A stretch of DNA of 64,000 nucleotides from Balanoglossus misakiensis (lineage: Eukaryota > Animalia > Hemichordata). The stretch spans positions 8,018,343-8,082,342 of the forward strand of contig CM082597.2 of the NCBI GenBank assembly GCA_040954595.2. The letters run 5' to 3'. Shown here in pieces: positions 53,450-64,000 of the stretch; within the stretch, counting starts at the first letter, position 1, and each line of letters starts with the position of its first letter. The notes under the pieces were generated by a model that did no database searches, was not told the DNA's origin, and was given only the letters and a program-made list of their open reading frames with translations. The position numbers and the translations under genes were made by a program.

Positions 53450-53891
53450 CTGTTGAAAAGAAATAATGAAAAACATTATCAGGGTATAGGTCTTGGAATA
53501 AAAAAATTACATTAAAAATTGCAATTAAATATATGTTGACACATTTCTTGCTACCTAATTAAACAATATTTTGTTTGTAAACTGTCTGTGTTTGGACATT
53601 GCTGAATTCTTAGGGTCAGGATTAAATTTAACCATCAACAATAACAAGGCTGGGTATATGAAAGATAAAATTTTGTTATTTTAATAGCTGAATGTAATTT
53701 TCTTTCAAATTTTACCGACCTGGAAATGGATTTAAGTATACATATCATGCCATGGTAGCATGAGTTTCTGCTTTACTACAAATTCATTCTCCCAATCCTG
53801 ACTAGATTTGAGATTCAGATCATCCCTATGTAAATGAATGCTTCATCAATAAACTTGATGACACAAAAGATCTAACTACATGTTCGGTTAC

Positions 53892-54065
53892 CTTGACAAC
53901 TATGACAGCAATGTCCAGGGTGTGGCAATGGATGTGTGCATTCATGTTTACATGTCTGTTTGACACAAGTTACAATTCCTTCACTACAGGTACAGATTTC
54001 ACATTCATCAACAGGACTGGTCCATGTAGAATTGTGGTGATATTCTATATTGTTGAATACACAAC
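53892..54065 (-). CDS. Complete VWC exon (GCVFNNIEY...GHCCHSCQ)
   Basis: 174 nt, phase 1-1. Confidence 0.88.
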
Positions 54066-54225
54066 CTATAGCACAAAAAGATTCGTTTGGAATCAATTAT
54101 TCTTTGGAAATAATTACCAAGAGCTTTATAATTTTGATTAAAACCCTACCACTACTGGGCGTCATACCCGTTTAGAGTGTCAGGGGCCCTTAAAATATAT
54201 ATGTGCCCTTTTTCTTCTTAAAGGT

Positions 54226-54450
54226 ATTTTGACTGTCTTGGCATGGCTCTCTAATGTACTTAAACACACTTGGCAGTCTGAGCCCCCTGTAGAATGTACC
54301 AAATCGCACTGGTTTGCACTGTATTGGTCTGAGGGTCTTGTATAGGCCCTACTGAGTAACACACACTTGGCAGTCTAACAGGTCTGGATGCCAAAATTCT
54401 AGGCACCCTGGAAATCAAACCAGATTCAACCGACTTGGTAGCGTTAGCGT
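54226..54450 (+). repeat. Dispersed repeat, second copy at ~61885-62095
   Basis: tattttgactgtcttg.catggctctc...acacacttggcagtct...tattggtctgagggtcttg is shared. Confidence 0.75.
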
Positions 54451-54563
54451 TTAGGTGGAAAGTTGCCCCAAATTGCAACCATCATTATCTTCATACGACC
54501 AATCCTCTGAAATCAATAGGGCTGTATATCACGGAGAAGTATCTGATGGCTTCAATTACTAAC

Positions 54564-54651
54564 CTTTACAATGTGGACAGCATTCACCCACAATTTGTTC
54601 TGTATATTGGCATGGCAATACAGGGAACTGAGTACATGTGATAACATTATT
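54564..54651 (-). CDS. VWC C-half exon (NNVITCTQFPVLPCQYTEQIVGECCPHCK)
   Basis: 88 nt, phase 0-1; one expected Cys appears as Phe. Confidence 0.8.
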
Positions 54652-54985
54652 CTGAAATACAACATGACAATTATGGAGAACAAATGAAGTCATTGTGAAT
54701 AACAATGCATAATGGGATGCAGGTCTAATGTGTCTAAATAATTGATCCAGAAATCAATAAAAGACAATTTCACAGTTTTATATGTATAACTTCATGAATA
54801 ATATTTTAAAGCACATTATATTTTTCAATACTATACATAATAAAACCTTTATAGCTAAGAGGCATTGTGGAACCTTAGGTAACACAGCAGAAAGGCGCTC
54901 ATACAAGGGTAAGACTCTTCTCCTATATAACCTTTGGTCTCAAGTCAGTTCAGATCAACTACACAATATGTGAGCATATGATATA

Positions 54986-55192
54986 CTGTAAAACACTTTA
55001 TTTTCGGAGTTGAAATCTTCGAGATATCGAGAAAGGCCACTGTTTTCAGAGTTTTAATTTTTATGTCCTCTTATTTCATTCACTGCATCGTTATCTTCAA
55101 AAATAATTTACGCGACTTTTTACTTTCACGCTATTTTGGCTCTCGCATATTTCGCAAAAATTTATTGCTCGTGAAAATAATGTGTTTTACAG
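54986..55192. mobile_element. MITE family A copy (opposite orientation)
   Basis: TA|CTGTAAAAC...GTTTTACAG|TA. Confidence 0.85.
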
Positions 55193-55231
55193 TATACACA
55201 ATGTGTATGAGTAACATCAATTGCTCCTTAC

Positions 55232-55313
55232 CTGATATGTACAATTATACACTCATCAAGAATCCATGTATCACCAGATGAATATGTAAAATCATGTGGT
55301 TGAAAATAACACC
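55232..55313 (-). CDS. VWC N-half exon with -1 frameshift (GCYFQPHDFTYSSGDTWILDEC...)
   Basis: 82 nt where 83 is needed for phase 1-0. Confidence 0.7.
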
Positions 55314-55644
55314 CTGTAACAAACGAATTCAAACTTTCATTATAGTCCAGTAATCTTTATGATGACTTTGAGTATAGTCCTATTGTAAGGTTATTTCATT
55401 GTCATTGTAGAAATGACTGTATCAACTGAGCAATATGCTTCAGTATTTGTCCTCGACGCTGCGCATCTCAGTCAATACCTCCACTGCACTGTACGATGTA
55501 CTCGGACATAAATCCTGGTACTTTATGAATAACTTTATATTATGAAGGACCATTTATTTCATTTGAATCAAACAGAATCTAAACATAGCCATACAATATT
55601 AAGCATACCGGTACATGTACATAAACGCCAAATGACATCAATAC

Positions 55645-55779
55645 CTTCTATTGGTTGACATGTTATTCCATCTGTCCTCAACACGAATCCATCCAGACAT
55701 CGACACATAAATGAACCTCTTGAATTAATGCATTCTTGCTCACACACCTGTAAACCTTCTATAACACATTCATTGATGT
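55645..55779 (-). CDS. cbEGF exon (DINECVIEGLQVCEQECINSRGSFMCRCLDGFVLRTDGITCQPIE)
   Basis: 135 nt, phase 1-1. Confidence 0.9.
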
Positions 55780-56316
55780 CTGAAATACAACACAAATCTA
55801 AGTTACTTGCATGAAGCCAGAAGATACAAATTATACTTTTGAAGCAGTTTCGTTTCCCTGTTTCTTTCAAGACTTTTGAAACAAGCCTTTGTAACAAGTT
55901 TTTGTAGACTATGCAGCCGTTTTAAAGGTATACAGTCACCTCCAATTTACATACGCCCATACAATCATTTCATTCAATGCTTCAAGATAACAAAAAATAC
56001 AAAATGTTGACATCATGAACATTCATAACAATCCCGTGGCCACTGTGTTTGTTGGTGCAACCTCGGCTACTTGTACTTCATTTTAAATAACATATGACAC
56101 AGTAATAGGGTGCACTATGCACACAACAGGCACAGCTGTACTGTGCTGAGAGTCTAAGATGTTTGATGTAAATAACATATCAGCTGGTAACCATGATTAA
56201 TCGTTGATCAAAAGTTCCTCACTGATTTGCTAGAAGGACAGAAACTTTGCAAAGGACTTATCAAATCTGCTGGGAAGTTGACATCACAAGTCGCCAACAA
56301 CAAAAACAAAACTTAC

Positions 56317-56400
56317 CCTCATCACACAAATCACCCGTGTAACCAGCAAAGCATTCACATTCTCCACCATTGCAGATACCATTTTCACATAAACACACAC
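56317..56400 (-). CDS. EGF exon (..CLCENGICNGGECECFAGYTGDLCDE)
   Basis: 84 nt, phase 1-1. Confidence 0.85.
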
Positions 56401-56773
56401 CTGAGAAGGACAATAAACACATAAACAAAGTAAAACAAACAACAGAATGCGATGATCATGGTGATATACAATCCAGTTGGTGTCATTTTTTTTCTATCGA
56501 TAACCAAAGGCCTTACCCCTTGAAACTGATTTTTCAAAGATCTTCATAAATGCTCGCATGTCATGCGACCATTGTACACTGTATACGATCAGATTCCCCT
56601 ACATCTAAAAATATACACTTTTTAGAGTTTTTGTATAGTTGTTCTACATCCTTTTAGAGTTACATGTGCCAAGATAATTTGCATAAATCCTCAGGTACTT
56701 TGCATATTCTAACTCTATGAACACATTTCCTGCTACATTGACTTTCTCACTTTGCATAAAGTGTGATATTTAC

Positions 56774-56869
56774 ATTTGGAGCAGTCATCTCCACTAAAGC
56801 CCTCCTGACAGTTGCAGTGTCCTTGGAAACATATTCCATCATTCTTGCAGTCTGGGATGCAAGGAATCT
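56774..56869 (-). CDS. EGF exon (IPCIPDCKNDGICFQGHCNCQEGFSGDDCSK)
   Basis: 96 nt, phase 1-1. Confidence 0.85.
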
Positions 56870-57329
56870 CTGTAAAAACAATCAAAACACATTCAAAAGA
56901 TGTCTGATGAAATCATACTTTATCAGGTAATACTTAATTCTCCACATACAGATATCACAGAATCAGAATATTTGATATTTTGATACACAATATCATTATT
57001 CTATAGCACCATTTACTGTAAAATAACCAGTTAACAAAATGCATCATGGGCAAAATGTTGACTTAACATTGTCATTAGCATTAGAGTTTTGAACAGCGAT
57101 CCATCATGTGTTTCAAGTGACATTTCAATGGTCAAAGCTTTGTTGTTGCAATATGCATACACAACTTATGAAAGTTTTCACCTTTTTGATGGCAAGACCA
57201 AAACATTCAAAGTCCCAGTTGCTCTAACTTTTAGCTATTTTTTTCACAGTATTTACAACTTGCATCATAGGGAGTTTGTTTTGATGCCCTACCCACTGTT
57301 TCACACAATACCTGTGTATCTGTGTCATA

Positions 57330-57533
57330 CTGTAAAACACTTTATTTTCGCGAGTCAAAATTTTCACGATATCGAGAGAGGCCACTGTTTCACGAGTATT
57401 AATTTTCGTGTTTCATTTCATTCACTGCATTGTTATCTTCAAAACAATTTACGCGACTTTTTATTTTCACGCTATTTTGGCTCTCGCGTATTTCGCGTAA
57501 ATTTATTGCTCGCGAAAATAAAGTGTTTTACAG
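57330..57533. mobile_element. MITE family A copy
   Basis: TIRs and TA flanks. Confidence 0.85.
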
Positions 57534-57840
57534 TAGTTAAGAAGTATACAATGTATGCAAATTTAGCCACAGTTACCATGGAAAGTTGAGACATGGCCAA
57601 TCAGAGATTTTGCCTACACACTTTTTATCACTTAAGGGTATATTTCACACCACTTCTGTACCTTGCATTGTTGACTAATTATTGTTTTCAAACTTCATTA
57701 CAACAATGTGCTCTCCGCCATGAATGTGCACCTTTAACCCTTTTACCACATGGTTTGATCCAAAGCCACTGTTTCCTATGACAAAGATGGACCTCAATAC
57801 AGGGATACAGGGGTGAGAGGGTTTAAACATCTGGCAAATA

Positions 57841-58496
57841 TAGTCTAGTAAATATAGGGCTAGACCCACCACAAATTGCAACATAATTTTTTTCTTCAGA
57901 ATATACTTTGGAGAGGTGTCTAGAACAACATATTAAAAATGCACCCGAATCCACCTTGTGTAAATATGTCTAATTTGCATAAATTTAATATTAGAGATGT
58001 TGGGGCCAAATATCTAGAAATAAACGCTTTTTTCCATGATTTTAAAGTTTAAAAACTATTTCATGTTCATGACAAAACATTTAGGAATACTGTCTGCCAT
58101 ATGTCATAGAGGTAGTTTTGAATAAAAAAAAACACTAGAATTGCTTGCGTATTACCCGATATACTGCCCAAATATGTTTTTTTAGGATTACTGTTCACCA
58201 TATTGGATTTATGCAAATTATGAAAACTGCCCATGTCAAATATTATTCCAAAATGGTTCTTCATGCACATGAAATATTTTTAAACTTTAAAATCATGGAA
58301 AAATTACGATTTATTTCTTGATATTTGCCCCCAAAATTATTAAATTTATGCAAATTAGACATATTTCCACAAGGTGGATTCGGGTGCATTTTTGATATGT
58401 TGTTCTAGACACCTCTCCGAAATATATTCTGAAAAAAAAATTCTGTTGCAATTTGTGGTGGGTTAGGTGCCCAAATCTCGTAGATTTACTAGACTA
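57841..58496. mobile_element. Foldback MITE with ~200-bp inverted arms, TAGTCTAG...CTAGACTA ends
   Basis: acccaccacaaattgcaac...gcacccgaatccaccttgtg is mirrored at 58368-58463. Confidence 0.8.
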
Positions 58497-58527
58497 ATAG
58501 GTGATCGTAATATTGATTTGTACTCAC

Positions 58528-58697
58528 CACAGGACAATTTTCTCCAGTCCAGCACAATCCCCTTCCTCCTGGCTTCATAGGCATAGGCAAACAATACATC
58601 ACATAGACACTTTTCATGCACAGGACATGCACACATAACACAATTCATAGAACGGAGCTGGGTTTACTACACCATGGGCTGGCCGAAATAATGGTCC
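58528..58697 (-). CDS. C8 domain exon with frameshifting deletion (GPLFRPAHGVVNPAPFYELC/MCACPVHEKCLCDVLFAYAYEARRKGIVLDWRKLSC)
   Basis: 170 nt, which does not fit phase 0-1; the two halves read in different frames. Confidence 0.8.
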
Positions 58698-58752
58698 CTG
58701 TGTAAAACCAAACAAAAATAACAACGGATCATTTACAATGAGAAACTGTTTA

Positions 58753-59056
58753 AAGGTATACGGTCACCTATGGAAAGTTAGCAATAGTTACCATGGTAAA
58801 TTGAGAATTAGCCAATCACACATTTTCAGTGGGAGGCACACGCGAAAAAAAGAGCGCCACCATATGTTCTCAAATATGCCATTTCGCGATATTGAGTGAG
58901 GCCACTGTTTAGCGAGTATTAATTTTCGCGTTCTCTTATTTCATTCACTGCATTGTTATCTTCAAAAAAAAATATGCAACTTTTTATTTTCATGCTATTT
59001 TAGCTCTCGTGTATTTCGCAAAAATTTATTGCTCGCAAATATAAAGTGTTTTACAG
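58753..59056. mobile_element. Chimeric remnant: one end of a TTAA MITE (cf. 60207-60373) fused to the distal part of a family A MITE
   Basis: ttaa|aggtatacggtcacc...aaatatgccatttc joins gcgatattg...gttttacag|ta at ~58885. Confidence 0.7.
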
Positions 59057-59325
59057 TAGTATTACTAATACATATACACTGTTTTTACTCTAAAACGCTC
59101 AAAGTAGAAAAATAGGCATGAGGAAAAGAGAGACAGCAAGACAGATGTTTGAAGTTTCTTAATTTTCCAGAATTGTCCTGTTTCCTGCAGTGACTTTCCA
59201 AGGAATTTCAGAGTTTGGATTGAAAATTGATAATACTATTACTAATGTTTCAGGAGTTAACACTGTACGAACCCTGGTGCGTATATTGAAGACAGACTCT
59301 CACATTGTACAACCAAATGACTTAC

Positions 59326-59473
59326 ATGAAATCATCACCAGGATTATCATTGAAGTTGCCACACAGACCACAGAGTCTCCCTTTGTATGTACCATCTGCG
59401 GTGACCTCTCCAAAATGGGAGCCATCCCACGACACGCGAATACCAATACTTGTATGCACAACCACCATCAACC
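59326..59473 (-). CDS. VWD exon 2 (GLMVVVHTSIGIRVSWDGSHFGEV...GRLCGLCGNFNDNPGDDF)
   Basis: CGLCGNFN signature; 148 nt, phase 1-2. Confidence 0.9.
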
Positions 59474-59876
59474 CTGTCATGTTACGATGTAAAACAAGTA
59501 TGTTGATATAAATCAGGTTATATGTCCATTAAAGCCCTTATAGCTGCCAAATTTCACATATTTTTTCGACACTAAAATACTTCAAATATGTTCCCTGAGC
59601 AGAGTTGGTGTAAGAATTAACACCTCTCCGCAACCCACTGTCTATGGGGCCGAGCCTCAGCGCCTATACATAAACTTTGTGTGTGTGGACCCAAGCGACT
59701 GAAAGGATTAATGCTCTGTGTTTACCATAGGCAAATAGTGTCTCAATTTTTTCCCTGTCTGAACCTGGTATATGTCAGCCCTTTGAATGTGGTTACATGT
59801 TTTAAGTTGGCTAAACAATGCAGACATATCTAGGTATAAAAAGGGTTAAGTTCGACCTAAGATTTGATTGACTTAC

Positions 59877-60174
59877 CTATTTTTTGTATACTTAGATCTG
59901 GTTCCTGCAAGTAAGGTAATTCTACCAGGCCTCCATTGACACTTACTGTCAAATCTGGCATTAGGTTGATCACCCAATCAACTAGTCTGATCTGAATGAC
60001 TTGTGTCCAGGCAACAGCATAGGTACTCTTGCCATCATTCTGAACTATAATCTTAAAGTTATTCTGATAACAATCTTGTGATAAGACATAGGTACATGTC
60101 CCTTGGAAGGAGAAGAATTTCCCATCATATGTCCGGTAAGGAGGATCTCCAAATACAATACACGAGAGCTAATT
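59877..60174 (-). CDS. VWD exon 1 (SCIVFGDPPYRTYDGKFFSFQGTCTYVLSQDC...VELPY), one extra base at its 5' end
   Basis: FGDP.Y.T.DG...FQG.C.YVL..DC signature; 298 nt instead of a multiple of 3. Confidence 0.85.
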
Positions 60175-60206
60175 CTGTGAAAAAGACGGAATGCAGAAAG
60201 ACTTAA

Positions 60207-60373
60207 AGGCATACGCCCATATATGGCTGAAATGGCGTATTTGAGCGTTCTATAGAACACATGGTGGCACTCTTTTTTACGCGTGTGCCACCCACTGAAA
60301 ATCTGTGATTGGTAGCTAGTCCTCAATTTGCCATGGTAACTATTGCTGATTTTCCATAGGTGACTGTATACCT
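60207..60373. mobile_element. Short Kolobok-like MITE
   Basis: ttaa|aggcatacg ... gtatacct|ttga; inverted relative of 58753-58885. Confidence 0.6.
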
Positions 60374-60866
60374 TTGAGAGTGTCTACCGAAGAATGTTGC
60401 TATGATCGCAGCATTGTAACAACAGACGTCAAATGTTACCAACAATTTGTAAACAAATGATATTCAAAGAATGCTTATTATGTACGTAACACATTCTGGA
60501 CAGTTTTGAGGTCCCAGAATCACATTCTGTGTCTCTATTTGACTACTCTTTCTGATTGCTCACATTTGATGGTTGAAGGACTTCCAAAGGCAATCTGGCT
60601 GGCGTTGTTTCACATAACAATTTCTTATATCTCTTGAATTTTGTAAACAAGTCCAAATCCTTAGACTGTTGCTCCCCTTTGAAATCTAGTTTTATCGACT
60701 TTGGTAACATTTCCTGGGTTTATGACACATTTTGATCACATTATGTCTAAATATGGTATAGTATGCACCCAGACATAAGTGACACACGTCAGCCTCCACT
60801 ATGTTTTCGTGTAAACTTGGCTGTTAGTTTTTAATAACCTCATAATATATTGATAATTAGACTCAC

Positions 60867-60918
60867 TTGGAACACATTTCTGGCAGCATTCACCATCAAT
60901 ATGGCCGATCTCTTCTTC
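60867..60918 (-). CDS. VWC end exon (EEEIGHIDGECCQKCVP)
   Basis: 52 nt, phase 0-1, gtgagt donor. Confidence 0.8.
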
Positions 60919-61623
60919 CTCGAAATATAAACAACAAATGAATTATTACCACAGTAAATACAAATTGTATATCCACTGAGAAGACACACAATAAAACATT
61001 TATAGCACAGTGTCTTCAAATTTTTAATACAGAGAAACCTGTCTATTAAAGACACCTTCAGGAACAGAAAGACTGTCCTTATTGCAGAGGTGTCCATAAT
61101 GACAGATTTCACTGTAATTGTATAGAAAAAAATTGAAATGGGTAAAATGTAAGTGAATGGAACATCCCTCTTCCATAATACTGAACCTTATAAACGAATG
61201 TGCCGCTATTTAGAATTAACATATAACAAATTTATCATTTCTGTTCAGAACAGTGATTGTGAATTGATCAATTTCTGATGGACACTTGAATGAAGTACAT
61301 TTATTTCAGATGCTAAACAATTGAGAAAGTTGTTTGGTTTGTTTGGTTTGATTACTACAAAAGGGCTGTCTTGAAAATCCAAATAATGAGAACTAATACA
61401 AAAGGGCTTTCTTGGAAAAAAAACAAATGATGAGAATTCTTTAATATGTTTTATGGAGTTGACCAAGAAACCTCAGTTGATACCCAAATCAAAAATATTC
61501 AGAAAACAGCACAAAGTTAGAGTTACTTGTCCTTTAAAACTATTGCTCTCAGGCCCATAAAGTAAAACAACGCAAAACTGAAGTCTGACCATACACTATT
61601 GAATTCATGACTGATAAACTTAC

Positions 61624-61722
61624 CGCTGAGCAAGTCAAAGGTTGACAGACTTCTTGAACGCAGCTCTCTTTACCATTGAAGCAATCACAGATGTCGCACC
61701 CCACATGCCAAGTTTCACCAGA
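61624..61722 (-). CDS. VWC exon (SGETWHVGCDICDCFNGKESCVQEVCQPLTCSA)
   Basis: 99 nt, phase 0-0. Confidence 0.85.
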
Positions 61723-62362
61723 CTGAAAAGTGAAAGTTCAAATTTTGCTGGAAACCCGGTATGCAGATCGTGTGTGTATAATTGGTCTGTCATAATTAAC
61801 CCTAATGCTACTGGGTGTCATACCTGTTCAGAGTCTCAAGTCCCTTAAATAAAATACGTATTTGCCATTTTATCTTCTATAATGTATTTTGACTGTCTTG
61901 ACATGGCTCTCATACATACCTAGACACACTTGGCAGTCTGAACCTCCCAGAAAATGAACCAAATTGCACTGGTTTGTACTGTATTGGTCTGAGGGTCTTG
62001 GATAGGCTCTACTGATTAACACGCACTTGGCAGTCTAACAGGCTTGGGAGCCAGGATTCTATGCACCTTTCAACTGACTTGGCAGCATTAGTGTTAATTT
62101 ACATTTCATTATACATTTGCTGTGCTACACTTATGACCATTCTCTTTACCTCTTTCGTATTTCCACTTGGTTTTTTTGCAGATTACTTGCATGATAATGC
62201 GTACCAAACAAATAAAAAAAGGTGTATGCCACTTGGTGCAAAGACTGGCATAAATTGCTGATGAGCTAACACCAATGGCGCAGCTCGTCTTGCATTGTGA
62301 AGTCTCAGCAGAATCCATTTTTGCAGAAAATTTATCATATATCTTAGAAATTAAATTGTTAC

Positions 62363-62500
62363 CTGATATCTCCTGCCTTTGTACATACAATAAGATTCCA
62401 CAGTACATTTTGGACAGCAACTGCCATCTGGTAAAATCTGGTTTTCTAGATCACAGTTGATTTGTTCACAATTGGGTCTTTCACAGGTTACCTCTCCATC
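62363..62500 (-). CDS. VWC exon (DGEVTCERPNCEQINC...GSCCPKCTVESYCMYKGRRYQ)
   Basis: 138 nt, phase 0-0. Confidence 0.85.
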
Positions 62501-62831
62501 CTTAACAGATATTCAGAAAACATTGTATGACATAAAACAGGTTGACAGAGAGGATGAAATTTTTTCAATAATCTGTACAGTGAATATACAGGAAAAATAG
62601 CAACATTATTCAACAAGTTATACTAGTTATGTGAAAATGTTGCATCAAACTTTGATAGGGAAAATGTGCCATTCAAAGTGTTTGTTTGCAGGTACTGAAC
62701 CAATTTCAGAATTTTCGATAAATTTTCAGAATTTCTTTTAAATCTTAGGTTTTCTTCAACAGACATATTAGTGTTTCCATCAACTTGATGTTTTCAAAAA
62801 GAGAAAGTATTATTTTTGAAATGTGGAATTA

Positions 62832-63040
62832 CTGTAAAACATGTTATTTTCGTGAGCAATAAATTTTTCGCGAAATACGCGAGAACCAAAATAGCGTGAA
62901 AATAAAAAGTCGCATAATTTTTTTTCGAAGATAATGATGCAGTGAATGAAATAAGAGAATGCGAAAATTAATACTAGCGAAACAGTGGCCTCTCTCGATA
63001 TCGCGAAAATTTCAACTCGCAAAAATAAAGTGTTTTACAG
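62832..63040. mobile_element. MITE family A copy
   Basis: TIRs and TA flanks. Confidence 0.85.
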
Positions 63041-63127
63041 TAGTTTGGAACACGGTTATAATAATAAACTACACGCAACAAACATTAGAGGTTCACCAGA
63101 AGACGAAGTGTTAGATCAGAAACTTAC

Positions 63128-63219
63128 CAGACATGTGCAAAGGCTGCAAGGATCAGCCAATGGAACAAACTGTTCACCAGTTTTGTAAATCTGATTCTCA
63201 AAGCTACATTCCAAAGGAC
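63128..63219 (-). CDS. VWC N-half exon (PLECSFENQIYKTGEQFVPLADPCSLCTCL)
   Basis: 92 nt, phase 1-0. Confidence 0.85.
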
Positions 63220-63311
63220 CTGTAAATGGAACATGACAACTGGTGGTATTATCTAGAGGAAGTGGAAAGTCACTGACTTCTGAAATGTTCTGAATACTAG
63301 TACTCTCTTAA

Positions 63312-63946
63312 AGGCAATAGATCGTCTCACGCGCATGTGTGTAACTTCCCAGCAAATTTTCCGTTTGATGCATTCAAATAGTGGACTGCCTTCGCTTCCT
63401 TCCATATTTCATGCGCACCGTATAAGTAGATTCTGGTTTTGTCCCTCCTTTTTACCCAAGCTGGTGTTTTCTCACGATCTCCGACATAGATTATGGTCGC
63501 CGCCATCTTGTCTGTTGTTAGGACAGAGCACTGCCTTATGGGATTGACTGTTCACTAAATGTCTGTAACCAGCGGCTACAGCTGGAACATGCGTGTACGT
63601 GTGAGACGAGCTAGGTGCTTTAAAGGGCAGTGAACATCTTATGCGCATGTGCCAAACCAGAGACTCTGGTTACATAAATTGTATACAGTCATTGCCATAA
63701 GGCAGTGTGCTGTCCTGACAACAGACAAGATGGCGACAACCATAATCTGTGAGTGATTGGGAAAAAACAGCAAATTGGATGAAAAGAAGGGACAAAACTA
63801 AAGTCTGGGTGAACATGAAATATAGAAGGAAGCGAAGGCAGTCCACTATTTGAATGTATTTAATGCAAACTTTGCACAACACTTGGATTGGATGTAATGT
63901 TTGTACAAATTAAATACACACATGTGCATAAGACGATCATTGGCCT
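63312..63946. mobile_element. Two related TTAA MITEs (63312-63619 and 63624-63946) in opposite orientation sharing one TTAA
   Basis: ttaa|aggcaatag...ggtgct|ttaa|agggcag...tggcct|ttta; the family B core is inverted between them. Confidence 0.7.
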
Positions 63947-64000
63947 TTTACAGTTGTCACTGTGAGCATTAAATTGTATCAAGGAATACATACGCTCAAT

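Larger units (their letters stand above)
48709..63219 (-). pseudogene. Kielin/chordin-like / BMPER-related extracellular gene (VWC-VWD-C8-EGF-EGF-cbEGF-VWC array), 19 exons visible, 5' end outside window, multiple lesions
   Basis: Consecutive GT-AG exons with mostly matching phases. Frameshifts at ~60170 (+1), ~58636 (-8 inferred) and ~55245 (-1). No exon found for the VWD-to-C8 linker. Confidence 0.8.

Noticed and set aside
57662-57775. Possible extra exon between the C8 and EGF exons
   Set aside because: It has AG/GT-like ends but the frames I translated are closed by stops and show no domain motif; the flanking exons already splice in phase.

Overview
AT-rich animal genomic DNA, probably from a marine invertebrate; the species cannot be determined from the sequence. 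There are no intact long genes and the window is largely a decayed rearrangement zone. (1) A multi-exon kielin/chordin-like extracellular gene (VWC repeats, VWD, C8, EGF/cbEGF, more VWC) runs on the minus strand from beyond 63.2 kb down to 48.7 kb, with several frameshifts and one missing exon. (2) Its last two visible exons and part of an intronic transposon recur inverted at the window start (1-2759 matches 47260-50647); this left copy continues into two cbEGF exons. (3) The most unusual object is a 5.2-kb intronic DNA transposon (1392-6570). It encodes a decayed, spliced RAG1-core/Transib/Chapaev-type DDE transposase whose N-terminus carries a FAM60A/SINHCAF-like C4 zinc finger and an F-box. 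Its CAC ends are bipartite and asymmetric: CACGAGC + 12 or 24 nt + AATCTAAT, reminiscent of 12/23 RSS. (4) The rest consists of orphan Q-rich exons, a deleted Harbinger-like element, a 900-bp tandem repeat, a 12-kb structured (CAT)n satellite, nested LINEs and many TA- and TTAA-flanked MITEs. Protein family calls come from motif recognition by eye, not from database searches.
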